DNA from: Acidobacteriota bacterium
Lineage (GTDB): Bacteria; Acidobacteriota; UBA6911
Assembly: GCA_963664705.1 (NCBI GenBank)
Contig: OY761556.1
Coordinates: 1,184,001-1,248,000, forward strand
Direction of reading: 5' to 3'
Length of the DNA stretch: 64,000 bases
Shown here: in pieces, positions 27,650 to 37,132 of the stretch
Layout: each line of letters begins with the position of its first letter
How positions within the stretch are numbered: position 1 is the stretch's first letter
Program-made: the position numbers and the translations under genes
Notes under the pieces: generated by a model
Told to the model about the DNA's origin: nothing
Database searches by the model: none
Seen by the model: the letters and a program-made list of their open reading frames with translations, nothing else

Positions 27650-28084
27650 CTATTTGCGATACAGTTTTTTCCATGGCTGCTGCTGCATTGCCAGGCAGTC
27701 CTTGAGCGCAAGCCGGAGTGCCCCTGCTGCCAGTTCCGCGCAGTGAAAATTGCCTTCGGGCAAATCCACCAGGGCATTGGCAATTTCCTCGGCCGTGATC
27801 GCCAACGCTTCATTTACGGTTTTGTCCCGCACCAGTTCCGTGGTCATACTTCCACACGCGACGGTGGCGGCGCATCCGTTTGTCCAGAAGGCGGAATCCA
27901 GGATGACATTGTTCCGTACCCGCAGCCATATCTTCAGACTTTCGTTGTGGCCGCTCTGTATTTCGCCAAATCCATCCGGTGTGCTGATGGGCTCTGTGTT
28001 GCGCGGATTCAGGACGTGATCAACCGTAGTCTCCGAGTAAACTTCTTGCAGACGTTTTTTCAAATCATTCAGATCATTCATCAT
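27650..28084 (-). CDS. IscU/NifU_N-like Fe-S scaffold protein, atypical ligands
   Basis: YSE..VDH..NPRN, F.TNGCAATVACGS, K.V.EA..I, LPE...HCA.LA. Confidence 0.82.
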   Translation of the reverse strand: MMNDLNDLKKRLQEVYSETTVDHVLNPRNTEPISTPDGFGEIQSGHNESLKIWLRVRNNVILDSAFWTNGCAATVACGSMTTELVRDKTVNEALAITAEEIANALVDLPEGNFHCAELAAGALRLALKDCLAMQQQPWKKLYRK

Positions 28085-28240
28085 CGATTGCATTATAAAC
28101 GGAAGTGCGGCAGGCTGAAAGCTTTTGAGCTGGACGACAATGGAAGCGGTTTTGCGATTATGCATGACACGAATTAGAAGCCCGAAGCACGCTTGCGCAG
28201 GCCGAAGCAAAGCGGGTATGATGTCAACTCGATGGATACC

Positions 28241-28441
28241 ATGACGCTTGAAATCAACGGGGAAACCCGGACTTTGGTCCCGGTTTCAAATGTGCGGAAT
28301 TTGCTCGAAGTCCTGGGAATTTCCGGGACCCACGTTGCGGTCGAGTTGAATCGAAAGATAGTGCGCCGCGCGGAATGGGAGCAGACTGCGGTTTCAAACG
28401 GAGACCGCATCGAAATCGTTCAATTTGTCGGAGGGGGCTAA
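28241..28441 (+). CDS. thiS: Sulfur carrier protein ThiS
   Basis: [25 protein letters not shown]-terminus; alternative ATG at 28232. Confidence 0.93.
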   Translation: MTLEINGETRTLVPVSNVRNLLEVLGISGTHVAVELNRKIVRRAEWEQTAVSNGDRIEIVQFVGGG

Positions 28442-28452
28442 CGGAGTCGTTC

Positions 28453-29238
28453 ATGACATACTTGCAAGCAGAAGATACATTGACATTGGGTGGGCGCACC
28501 TTCCGCTCTCGCCTGTTTGTGGGCACGGGGAAGTACGCGACGTTTCCGCTGATGAAAGAAGCACTTGATAGATCCGGTGCCGAGATTGTGACGGTGGCGG
28601 TCCGCCGCATCAATCTGGACCGGTCGTCGGAATCCCTCCTCGACTTTATTGATACAAATCGCTACATGCTTTTGCCGAACACGGCCGGATGCTATACAGC
28701 AGATGACGCCATCCGAACCGCGTACCTGGGGCGTGAAGCCGGGCTCTCCGAATGGGTCAAGCTCGAGGTGATCGGGGATGAAAAAACGCTGTTCCCGGAT
28801 ACCGAAGCATTGCTGGCTGCGACCAAAGTCCTGGTCAAGGATGGATTCATTGTCCTTCCCTACACCAATGATGATCCCATTATGGCGCGCAAACTGGAGG
28901 ATGCAGGCGCTGCCGCCGTCATGCCCCTGGGCGCTCCCATCGGTTCCGGAATGGGAATTCAAAACCCTGCGAATATCAGAATTATCATGGAAAGCGTTTC
29001 TGTGCCGGTGATCGTGGATGCCGGCGTCGGGACCGCTTCGGATGCTGCGATTGCCATGGAAATGGGGTGTGATGCGGTTCTCATGAATACGGGAATTGCC
29101 GGGGCGCAGGATGCCATTGCCATGGCGGAAGCCATGAAACTGGCCGTTCAGGCGGGTCGGATGGCATTCAAAGCCGGACGCATCCCGAAGAAACTTTACG
29201 CCACCGCAAGCAGCCCGCTCCAGGGTATCTCGCGTTAG
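28453..29238 (+). CDS. thiG: Thiazole synthase
   Basis: [38 protein letters not shown]. Confidence 0.95.
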   Translation: MTYLQAEDTLTLGGRTFRSRLFVGTGKYATFPLMKEALDRSGAEIVTVAVRRINLDRSSESLLDFIDTNRYMLLPNTAGCYTADDAIRTAYLGREAGLSEWVKLEVIGDEKTLFPDTEALLAATKVLVKDGFIVLPYTNDDPIMARKLEDAGAAAVMPLGAPIGSGMGIQNPANIRIIMESVSVPVIVDAGVGTASDAAIAMEMGCDAVLMNTGIAGAQDAIAMAEAMKLAVQAGRMAFKAGRIPKKLYATASSPLQGISR

Positions 29239-29245
29239 CGGAGCC

Positions 29246-30733
29246 ATGCAGATCGAATCTTATCGAACACGCCTGGAGGAATTCGAGCAGAGACTCAACC
29301 GGGAGCTTTATTCCTTCCATTCCGGTCGGAAACAAAGGCTCGAAATTGTATCCGTCTATTCCGACTACTCCGATCTCTTTTGTGTCGAGAGCATCCGCGA
29401 ACTTGAATCTGCCCTAAAGATCGAGTCTTTTGACAGCCGCCGGAAGTCTTTCGACAAGATACTGGTATTCCTGCTGGACCAGTATTTCGACCTGCGCACC
29501 GCGCCAGTCAATGAAGAGATTGCACACTTCTGGTCAAAGCGAAAAATCATGTGGGAGGGGAGAGATTTGCCCCTCCTCCACGTTCCTTCCGAGCTTCGAC
29601 GCGAGTCGAATGCTTTGAAAAGAAGAAAACTTCAGGAACGGCTGGCCAAAGCTCAGGACGAACTTGCAGAGCTTACGGGGAAAAAAGTTGATCGACTGCG
29701 CTCCGCGGCGGGAGTTCTTGGATTTAAAAGCTATCCGGAGGCCCGGGAAAGGATCAGCGGTATTCGCCTGGAGAAAACCCTCAATTCCTTTGAGGAAATT
29801 CTGAATCGGCTCGAAGACAAATACCAGGAGCGCGCGCGCGCGTCTCTTGAGGCTTCTCTCGGTATTCCGCTGCAGGAGACCGGGTCGTGGGATATCTCTC
29901 ATTGGGAAGCGCGCAATGATCGGCCTGAGATCTTTCTCCAGAAAAATCTCTCCGGCGTGATTCGGCTGACTGTCGATGATCTTGGCGTACGGCCCGAACG
30001 GGAAGATTCGATCGTCCTGGATATGGATCCCAACCCTGCGAAGCATCACGCCCCGGTATGCATCCCCGTGCAAATCCCCCATGAAATCAAGGTTGTGGTC
30101 AATCCAGGGGACGGGGCACGGCATTATGCCGCGCTATTGCACGAATGCGGACATGCACATCATTTTGCCTGGACCAGCCCTTCGCTTCCGGTTGAACACA
30201 GGATCGTGGGGGATCGCGCCCTGACTGAAGCGTTCGGTTTCCTTTTCGAACAATTTATCCTGGAGCCGGATTGGCTCGCGCGCAGGTTGGCCTTCACAAA
30301 GTCCGATGCGTTCCTGCGCTTTCATTCGCTTTATCGTATTTATCTTGTCCGACGATGTGTCGGGAAACTGCGCGTTGCCCTGAAAATTTGTGAGTCGAGC
30401 GCGTTCGATGATTTCCCGCAGATATACTCTGAAACAATGAATGCATACACGGGCCTGCAATATATTCCGGAAGCCTGGCCGGGAGATCTTGACGAGGGAT
30501 TCATTTGCGCCGATTATCTCCGCGGATGGGCGCTGGAAGCCATGCTTCGGGAGTATCTGCGGACCCGGTACGGAAAAGCATGGACCGCCAGCCGAGCCGC
30601 CTCCAGCTTCCTGAAGGAAATATGGGAGACAGGGCTGCTTTATCGTGCGGATGAACTGAGCCGCGAAATTGGGCTGGGTGATCTTGACCCTCAGGTCTTG
30701 GGCGATCAGCTCTGGGAAGGACTTCAACTTTGA
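29246..30733 (+). CDS. Gluzincin-like (M3/oligopeptidase fold) protein of unknown function
   Basis: LLHECGHAHH and downstream TEAFGFLFE; helical N-terminus. Confidence 0.65.
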   Translation: MQIESYRTRLEEFEQRLNRELYSFHSGRKQRLEIVSVYSDYSDLFCVESIRELESALKIESFDSRRKSFDKILVFLLDQYFDLRTAPVNEEIAHFWSKRKIMWEGRDLPLLHVPSELRRESNALKRRKLQERLAKAQDELAELTGKKVDRLRSAAGVLGFKSYPEARERISGIRLEKTLNSFEEILNRLEDKYQERARASLEASLGIPLQETGSWDISHWEARNDRPEIFLQKNLSGVIRLTVDDLGVRPEREDSIVLDMDPNPAKHHAPVCIPVQIPHEIKVVVNPGDGARHYAALLHECGHAHHFAWTSPSLPVEHRIVGDRALTEAFGFLFEQFILEPDWLARRLAFTKSDAFLRFHSLYRIYLVRRCVGKLRVALKICESSAFDDFPQIYSETMNAYTGLQYIPEAWPGDLDEGFICADYLRGWALEAMLREYLRTRYGKAWTASRAASSFLKEIWETGLLYRADELSREIGLGDLDPQVLGDQLWEGLQL

Positions 30734-31830
30734 AAAGCTTTTCTGTGAATCTGGCGGAACGGAAATACCCGATTTACGTGGGGGAGGACATACTGTCGCA
30801 TGCCGGCTCGCTATTATCCAAAGCCGGATTCAAACAAGCTCCGATTGTCGTCACGAATGCAAAAGTGTGGCGACTTCACGGCCGTACCCTGGATCGGGCA
30901 TTGCGAGCTGCCTTTGGGCCGACCCCCGTTATCCGCATAGGGGATGGGGAACGATTCAAAAATCACGAAACTCTCCTGAAAATCTATTCCGGCATGTTCC
31001 GGGCGCATGCAAACCGGAATTCCTGGCTTCTTGCTTTTGGAGGAGGCGTAGTAGGAGATATCGCCGGGTTCGCTGCCGCTACCTTCATGCGCGGGATCCC
31101 CTACGCGATGGCTCCGACAACTCTGCTTTCACAGGTCGACAGCTCAATCGGGGGGAAGGTTGCCGTCAACGTAAAGGAAGGGAAGAACCTGGTCGGCGCT
31201 TTCCACCAGCCTTCAGTCGTTCTCACCGATATCGCTGCGTTGAGAACGCTCCCCAAAAGAGAACTCGCTTCGGGGCTTTATGAAGTCGTCAAAGGAGCCG
31301 CCATTTACTCCGAGCCGCTGCTCCGATACATTGAGCGGAATTTGGCGGGAATTCTCAACTGCGGGGCCGGAGAGATGGAGCACGTCATCGTTCAGACCGC
31401 GAAGATCAAGGCGGAAGTGGTGGCCTCCGATGAAAGGGAAACCGGGCTTCGAATGATCCTGAACTATGGACACACGGTCGGACATGCTCTGGAATCGGCT
31501 ACGCATTACAATCGATTCAAGCATGGCGAGGCCGTGGCCTGGGGCATGATTGCTGCGGTGGAATTTGGCAGGCAACTGGGATTATTGCAGGCGGCCGAAT
31601 CCAAGCGCCTGGTACGGCTTGTGCGCCAGGTCGGTCCACTGCCATCTTTAGACGGTATATCACTCGCCCGCCTTTGGAATGGGCTGATTCTCGACAAGAA
31701 GTTCACATCGGGAAAATTTCGGATGATATTGCTGCAGGAGCTCGGCGTCGCCGAAGTCCGCGATGGCATCGAGCCCGAATCGCTGCGCGGTTTTCTGCGG
31801 AAATTTCTGGAAGCCGGGCGGAAAAATTAG
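30730..31830 (+). CDS. aroB: 3-dehydroquinate synthase
   Basis: DGE..K, GGGVVGD..GF.AA..MRG, PTTLLSQVDSSIGGK, KNLVGAF.QP, LNYGHT.GHA.E, HGEAV. Confidence 0.95.
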   Translation: MKSFSVNLAERKYPIYVGEDILSHAGSLLSKAGFKQAPIVVTNAKVWRLHGRTLDRALRAAFGPTPVIRIGDGERFKNHETLLKIYSGMFRAHANRNSWLLAFGGGVVGDIAGFAAATFMRGIPYAMAPTTLLSQVDSSIGGKVAVNVKEGKNLVGAFHQPSVVLTDIAALRTLPKRELASGLYEVVKGAAIYSEPLLRYIERNLAGILNCGAGEMEHVIVQTAKIKAEVVASDERETGLRMILNYGHTVGHALESATHYNRFKHGEAVAWGMIAAVEFGRQLGLLQAAESKRLVRLVRQVGPLPSLDGISLARLWNGLILDKKFTSGKFRMILLQELGVAEVRDGIEPESLRGFLRKFLEAGRKN

Positions 31831-31876
31831 GGATACCGGATGCCGAAACTACCCGGTATTGCGTGAACGAAAGAAT

Positions 31877-32584
31877 ATGGAAGAAAATGAAAAGTCGAAA
31901 AAGGTCCGGGAAATGTTCGGCTCCATTGCGGGCCGATATGATTTCCTGAACCATTTTCTCTCGGCCAATATTGATCGGCGCTGGCGCAAAATCTGCGTGC
32001 GTGAGGCTGCAAAGAGGAGCGGAGAGGCCTCTCCGAGAATTCTTGACATAGGTTGCGGCACTGCCGATTTATCCATCGCTTTCTCCGGCCTTGGCCCCGT
32101 CACCGGATGCGATTTCTCCCACCCGATGCTTCAGGTCGGCTTGGGTAAACTTGCACGCGAAAGAACCATGCATCCGGTTTCGTTGCTAGAGGCGGATGCG
32201 CTCAGACTGCCATTCCCGAACGAATCCTTTGATATCGCTGTATCAGCTTTTGTGCTGAGGAACTTGTCAGACATCGACCAGGGTATTCGCGAAATGCGCC
32301 GCGTGCTGCGCCCCGGTGGAGTGCTGGGTATTCTGGATTTCGGGATGCCCCGAATCCCGCTGATAGGGTCTTTGTATCGCTGGTATTTTCTTTCCGTCTT
32401 GCCGCGAATCGGAAGGCTGGTCTCCGGAGTCGAAGGACCCTATGGATACCTTCCAGCCAGCGTTCAGACCTTTCCGCCTGCGGAAGAACTAAAGAAGCGA
32501 GTAGAGGTTGGGGGATTCAGAGCAGTGGACCCAATACTGCTGACGGGCGGCATTGCGGTATTGATCATGGGCAAAGCAGGTTGA
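31877..32584 (+). CDS. menG: UbiE/MenG family quinone methyltransferase
   Basis: V..MF..IA.RYD.LNH.LS...D.RWR, LDIGCGTAD, DAL.LPF, LRN, Y.YL..SV..FP. Confidence 0.85.
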   Translation: MEENEKSKKVREMFGSIAGRYDFLNHFLSANIDRRWRKICVREAAKRSGEASPRILDIGCGTADLSIAFSGLGPVTGCDFSHPMLQVGLGKLARERTMHPVSLLEADALRLPFPNESFDIAVSAFVLRNLSDIDQGIREMRRVLRPGGVLGILDFGMPRIPLIGSLYRWYFLSVLPRIGRLVSGVEGPYGYLPASVQTFPPAEELKKRVEVGGFRAVDPILLTGGIAVLIMGKAG

Positions 32585-32648
32585 TTGACGATTGACGATT
32601 TGGAAGGCTGATAGGCGCCTTTCCAATCGCCAATCGTCAATTGTCGAT
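32581..32648. repeat. Inverted heptamer-repeat hairpin between convergent genes
   Basis: (GATTGAC)2 GATTTGG ... (CCAATCG)2 TCAATTG. Confidence 0.65.
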
Positions 32649-32656
32649 GAGTTCCG

Positions 32657-33226
32657 CTATTCCTTGCCGGCCAGCCAGCCCGGGAGCGCGCCACTCTTCC
32701 GCCCTTCCTTTTCCAGATCCTGAAGGGCATCTTTGGCTTTGGTCAGTTCCTCTTTGTTCTTATCCTGCTCGTAATAGGTTTTTTGAAGCTCCCTCTGGAT
32801 GTCTTCACGCTTGAAGCCGCTGTCCTCACGATAGAAATCGTTTTGCAGATTGTTGACCTTCAGCGTCAGTTCAGTGGACTGCTTTTCCAGGTCCTTCACC
32901 TTCTGCCGGGCTTCGCCCATGACTTTGCGCCAATAGCTTTCGGGCCTGCCCTCGAAATCGACCGGCTCATCGGATGCGTTCTTTTCTTTCCCTGCAACCG
33001 CCTTGCTGCCGGTTTCGGATTTGGCGGCAGGCTGATCCGGCAGGTTTGTCGGTACGGGGCCGCTGCGGTATTTTGCCGCCTCCTCGTCCGTGATCACCTT
33101 TTCGTCCTTTACTTCTTTTCTGCGCTCGCTTTCCTTCTTGGCGAGATCTCCCAGCGACTGAGAATAGGCCGCGGAAGCGAGAGTGAGAAGGAGTGCCGTT
33201 TGGAAGATTGTGGCCATAATCCTCAT
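32657..33226 (-). CDS. Secreted coiled-coil hypothetical protein
   Basis: Signal peptide ending AYS|QSLGDLAKKE, KVIT.E, E.YWR, coiled coil, C-terminal G..PGW; GAGG SD. Confidence 0.72.
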   Translation of the reverse strand: MRIMATIFQTALLLTLASAAYSQSLGDLAKKESERRKEVKDEKVITDEEAAKYRSGPVPTNLPDQPAAKSETGSKAVAGKEKNASDEPVDFEGRPESYWRKVMGEARQKVKDLEKQSTELTLKVNNLQNDFYREDSGFKREDIQRELQKTYYEQDKNKEELTKAKDALQDLEKEGRKSGALPGWLAGKE

Positions 33227-33313
33227 AGGTGTACCTCGTCGTATCTTTACACGATTTGATTCATAAATATCTTGTTTTATGGGTACTTGGCTCATATTTA
33301 TTAAACCTTTTCT

Positions 33314-33946
33314 TCACATGGCGATCTCGAAATCACTGTGGAGTTGCACTCCGAATCTCTTCTGGGTAACCGGATCCGGCAGGAGGCTCTCCCCTGAAAT
33401 TGTAACATGGACTCTACGGACTTCCTCTCCGCTCGAGGCCGGGTTTCCGGCGGCATTATAGCAATGGAATGCCATATCGGAGATTGAGCCTGCGACGGTT
33501 TGAACGGCTCCACTCCCGGTTATGGTTTCCAAAGATCGTGTAGCTCCATTGTAGCGCAATCGTATTTTCTCTCCGGAATCGAGAATGTCCCCATCCGGAT
33601 CTCCCTTGTTCGGATTTGACGGGCCGGCGGAGCCTGTGATATCGGATTCGACCAGCAGTTCGGATGTACTCAGCTGGATGATACCGGACAGTCCGCATTT
33701 CGCCGGGTCGTTGCCCGCCTGCCGCACGTATCGACCGACTGTCTGGATGGCAAGACGCGTATTGTTGAGGATCGTTTGTACCTCCGCTTGATAGCTGGTT
33801 TTACGCTGAACTTCCACCAGCAGCCCGAACAGCGTCGATGCGATCACAAGAAAGATCACGGTGGATATGAGTAACTCCATCAATCCGAATCCGGAACTAG
33901 ATCGACCTGAAACGTCTGCAACATCGTGATGTCCGTCACGCTTCAT
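33314..33946 (-). CDS. PilW-like minor pilin
   Basis: Class III signal G|FGLMELL plus hydrophobic helix; R.A......VRQAG; ATGA overlap with the pilV-like gene. Confidence 0.78.
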   Translation of the reverse strand: MKRDGHHDVADVSGRSSSGFGLMELLISTVIFLVIASTLFGLLVEVQRKTSYQAEVQTILNNTRLAIQTVGRYVRQAGNDPAKCGLSGIIQLSTSELLVESDITGSAGPSNPNKGDPDGDILDSGEKIRLRYNGATRSLETITGSGAVQTVAGSISDMAFHCYNAAGNPASSGEEVRRVHVTISGESLLPDPVTQKRFGVQLHSDFEIAM

Positions 33947-34398
33947 TGTTCTCTTAGACCAAGAATAGTGGATACATTCAGAATTTTGTTCATGCCTGGT
34001 TTGCTGTTCAATGCTCCACCAGCCAGTACTGGATTTACCCTGACCGTTACCAGTTTTGCATCCAGTGCCTTGCCCGCGCGAGGATCCGGAACCGGGTGGA
34101 CCTCCCAGGCTATGCTATAGCGATTCAGAACGCTGCCATCCACGGGGTTGACGACCACTTCCAGTTTCGGGCCATGTCCTCCCCAGTCCAGATCAGCCAA
34201 CAGGGGATTCTGCTGGTACGAACTCGAGAGGGATTCGAGCAGGTTCTGGGCAGCCAGGGCCGCTGTCCCTTTGGATCGTGCCAACGATTCGGATGCTGCC
34301 ATCACAAAAAAGACGTGTCCCGTTGCCAGAAGTGAGGCTGTAAGCAGCAGAACCGCCATCATGATCTCCAGCAGGCTGAACCCGGCCGCCGGTCTCAT
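33943..34398 (-). CDS. PilV-like minor pilin
   Basis: MRPAAG|FSLLEIM plus hydrophobic helix; A..AAQ..LE.L; V.V.V. Confidence 0.78.
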   Translation of the reverse strand: MRPAAGFSLLEIMMAVLLLTASLLATGHVFFVMAASESLARSKGTAALAAQNLLESLSSSYQQNPLLADLDWGGHGPKLEVVVNPVDGSVLNRYSIAWEVHPVPDPRAGKALDAKLVTVRVNPVLAGGALNSKPGMNKILNVSTILGLREQ

Positions 34399-34536
34399 CC
34401 CCCCATTATCTGATCGGCCGGAGGCCGGGTGTTGATTCGGGATTATTCCTGTCCGTCCCGGGTGGGTGAAACGGCAGAACGTCCTCAATCCAAAGCTCTT
34501 GTTCATATTCCGATTCAATCCGGATATACTCTCGGC

Positions 34537-35586
34537 ATGAACATTATCGATGGGATCCGAAGAGTCGTTGAGGGGCAGCATCTCAGCCGGCTGGAGGCTG
34601 AATCTGTAATGAATGAAATCATGACAGGCAAGGCGACCGATGCCCAGATTGCAGCTTTCCTTACTGCCCTGCGAATGAAGTGCGAGACGGTGGATGAGCT
34701 GATCGGTTTCGCGCGGGTAATCCGGGAAAAGGCATCTCCGGTGAGGCCTCAAAGCAGCGTGGCCGCTTCCTTTTCGGGCACCGATCGGGAAATGCTCGTA
34801 GATACCTGTGGAACCGGGGGGGATGCGACCGGAACCTTCAATATTTCGACGGCTACGGCATTTGTAGTGGCTGGCGCCGGCATTCGCGTGGCCAAACATG
34901 GAAACCGCAGTGTGTCGAGTATGTGCGGCAGTGCGGATGTGGTGGAAGCTTTGGGCATCCGTCTGGATTTGTCTCCGGATGCGGTCGCACGCTGTATTGA
35001 CGAGGTGGGTATCGGATTTTTGTACGCGCCGCTGCTTCACGAGGCGATGCGTTATGTTGTCCTGGCTCGCCGCGAGATGAAAATTCGAACAGTCTTCAAC
35101 CTGCTTGGTCCCATCTGCAACCCGGCGCATGCCACCGCCCAGGTGCTCGGCGTTTATAATGAGGACCTGACAGAGATCATGGCCCAGGTATTGTGCGAGT
35201 TGGGTTCGGAAAGAGCTTTTGTTGTTCATGGCTCAGACGGCCTCGACGAAATCACCATCAGTGGGGAAAGCAAGATCTCGGAAGTCCGTGACGGCGAAGT
35301 GCGCACCTATTATGTGACTCCCGAGGACTTTGGAATCAGCCGGGCTCCCATCCGTGCAATTCAGGGGGGAGATGCCCGGCAGAATGCGTCAATCATACGG
35401 GAAATTCTTTCCGGGCAGAGCAACACGCGCCGCGATGTTGTGTTGCTGAATGCCGCCGCCGGCCTGGTTGTGGGCGGGAAAGTAAAGTCTCTGGGCGAAG
35501 GGATCGAAATGGCTCGCGAATCGATCGACTCCGGCAAGGCCGCATCCTGCCTTGAACGACTGGTTGAGCTCACCCGGACCATGTAA
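34537..35586 (+). CDS. trpD: Anthranilate phosphoribosyltransferase
   Basis: DTCGTGGD..TFNIST, AKHGNRSVSS.CGSAD, RTVFNLLGP, DGLDE; TATACT 6 nt before ATG 34537. Confidence 0.95.
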   Translation: MNIIDGIRRVVEGQHLSRLEAESVMNEIMTGKATDAQIAAFLTALRMKCETVDELIGFARVIREKASPVRPQSSVAASFSGTDREMLVDTCGTGGDATGTFNISTATAFVVAGAGIRVAKHGNRSVSSMCGSADVVEALGIRLDLSPDAVARCIDEVGIGFLYAPLLHEAMRYVVLARREMKIRTVFNLLGPICNPAHATAQVLGVYNEDLTEIMAQVLCELGSERAFVVHGSDGLDEITISGESKISEVRDGEVRTYYVTPEDFGISRAPIRAIQGGDARQNASIIREILSGQSNTRRDVVLLNAAAGLVVGGKVKSLGEGIEMARESIDSGKAASCLERLVELTRTM

Positions 35587-35609
35587 TCCCCGGTAACCCG
35601 CTTGCCCGG

Positions 35610-36077
35610 CTAATTCTTCTGGATCCGTATCCTGCCTCCAGGACTCACGATTACGGAATAGGATCCTGCTTCTCCCTGCACCTTGTAGGTCCCGGCCGGC
35701 GCTGCATTTCCATGCTGATAAAAACGCAAGGCGCTTTTGGGAAACGAAGCAAACCAGGTTTTGCCCGGAAGCCGATTCGAAGTTTGCGCATAGGGCTGAC
35801 CGCTGCCGGGATCCATCCAGCAAAATGTCTGTTTATCCGAATCGATTGTAAATAGAGTCGATGAATTGGAGGAGATCGCGTGCATCCGGCCCCACTGCAG
35901 CGAGCATTCCACCATTCTGGCCGCAGTCCAGAGCGTCCACTCGCATTGCATCCGGGCAATGCCAGGAATGGCCGCGGCGATCAGGATCGCCGCGCACATC
36001 AGGACGAGCATGCATTCGATAAGGCTGAATCCGGGGTCCGCTGCCCCGCGGTTCGTATGAATTCCGCTGTTCTTCAT
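35610..36077 (-). CDS. FimT/GspH-like minor pilin
   Basis: G|FSLIE plus hydrophobic helix, L.W.R..AI, F...G.A, C-terminal V...GRIRI. Confidence 0.78.
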   Translation of the reverse strand: MKNSGIHTNRGAADPGFSLIECMLVLMCAAILIAAAIPGIARMQCEWTLWTAARMVECSLQWGRMHAISSNSSTLFTIDSDKQTFCWMDPGSGQPYAQTSNRLPGKTWFASFPKSALRFYQHGNAAPAGTYKVQGEAGSYSVIVSPGGRIRIQKN

Positions 36078-36115
36078 GCATATCTAATGAAGACCGGCGA
36101 AATTGAGCCAAAAAA

Positions 36116-36955
36116 TCAGCGAGGAATTCTCAGATACCACGCAAGGAATTGAATCCCGTAAAAAGTGGCAAGCACGGTTCCTATCCCGAGGAACACACCG
36201 AAAGCAAGTTTGGTTTGAAGGTTTCCGCGCTTGAACACCATCAGCGATAAGCCCAGAAGCGTGCCGATCAGAGAGCCCGCCATCAGCGTCAGAATGGCAA
36301 ACGGCCATCCGAGAAATGCCCCGATCATGGCCAGCATTTTGACATCGCCCATCCCCAGACCCTCTCGGTGGCGCAGTTTTTCGTACATGAATCCGACGAG
36401 GAAGAGCAGTCCGCCCCCGATCAGGGCACCGACAAAGGATCCCATCCACGGCAACACCGCCTGGGGATTACCGGGCCAGAGCGTTGCCGACAGCCTGGGG
36501 ACTATCCAGTCGAACAGATAGAAATCCCTGGATTGGAATGGACTGAGTAGAATGCCTACGACGATTCCTGGCAGTGTCAGTACATTGGGGAGTATCCGGT
36601 GGTTCAGATCAGTAAAGACCAGGACAATGATGGCGGCAATAAACAGCGTGTTCACGAAGGTAGGTGAACCGAAACCCCACTTCCATGCGCATGCAAAGAA
36701 AGCCACGCCTGTCATCAATTCAACAATTGGATATTGGATGGAAATGGATGCCTTGCAATTTCGGCATTTGCCGCGGAGTATCAAATACGAAAGGACCGGG
36801 ATATTGTCGTAAAATCGGATCGAAGTCCCGCATTGCGGACAGGCGGAGCCCGGGAAGACAATCGATTTTCGCAAAGGGATTCGGTAGATGCAGACATTCA
36901 GGAAACTGCCGATCGCCAGCCCAAACAGCGTATAGATAATCAGTAATGGATCCAT
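36116..36955 (-). CDS. pilD: Prepilin peptidase / N-methyltransferase
   Basis: GSFLNVCIYR.P, CP.C, NIPVLSY..LRGKCR.C, G.GD.K, FG.FL. Confidence 0.93.
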   Translation of the reverse strand: MDPLLIIYTLFGLAIGSFLNVCIYRIPLRKSIVFPGSACPQCGTSIRFYDNIPVLSYLILRGKCRNCKASISIQYPIVELMTGVAFFACAWKWGFGSPTFVNTLFIAAIIVLVFTDLNHRILPNVLTLPGIVVGILLSPFQSRDFYLFDWIVPRLSATLWPGNPQAVLPWMGSFVGALIGGGLLFLVGFMYEKLRHREGLGMGDVKMLAMIGAFLGWPFAILTLMAGSLIGTLLGLSLMVFKRGNLQTKLAFGVFLGIGTVLATFYGIQFLAWYLRIPR

Positions 36956-37020
36956 TCGGCTATTCTAGATTAGTTCGGGATTTGTTTGGGAGGCAAATTT
37001 GCGGGGAGTTAGATAATTTG

Positions 37021-37102
37021 ACCGGGAGCGCCGCCGTCCCGGCGGCGTCAGCGTCATGCAGGAAGCCACGCTCTTTGCCGGCGAGACGCCGGAACTCCCG
37101 GT
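37021..37102. repeat. REP/BIME-like doublet
   Basis: ACCGGGAGCGCCGCCGTCCCGGCGGC ... GCCGGCGAGACGCCGGAACTCCCGGT: two internally palindromic units in inverted orientation. Confidence 0.65.
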
Positions 37103-37132
37103 GGAGCCCCGGCGTCATTCCAGTAGATGGCA

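Noticed and set aside
28100-28240. TPP riboswitch upstream of thiS
   Set aside because: No CTGAGA or other TPP motifs; promoter TTGCGC-18-TATGAT leaves a leader too short
34399-35229. N-terminal extension of the 428-aa ORF 33943-35229
   Set aside because: Antisense shadow of trpD; the prepilin signal puts the real start at or near 34398
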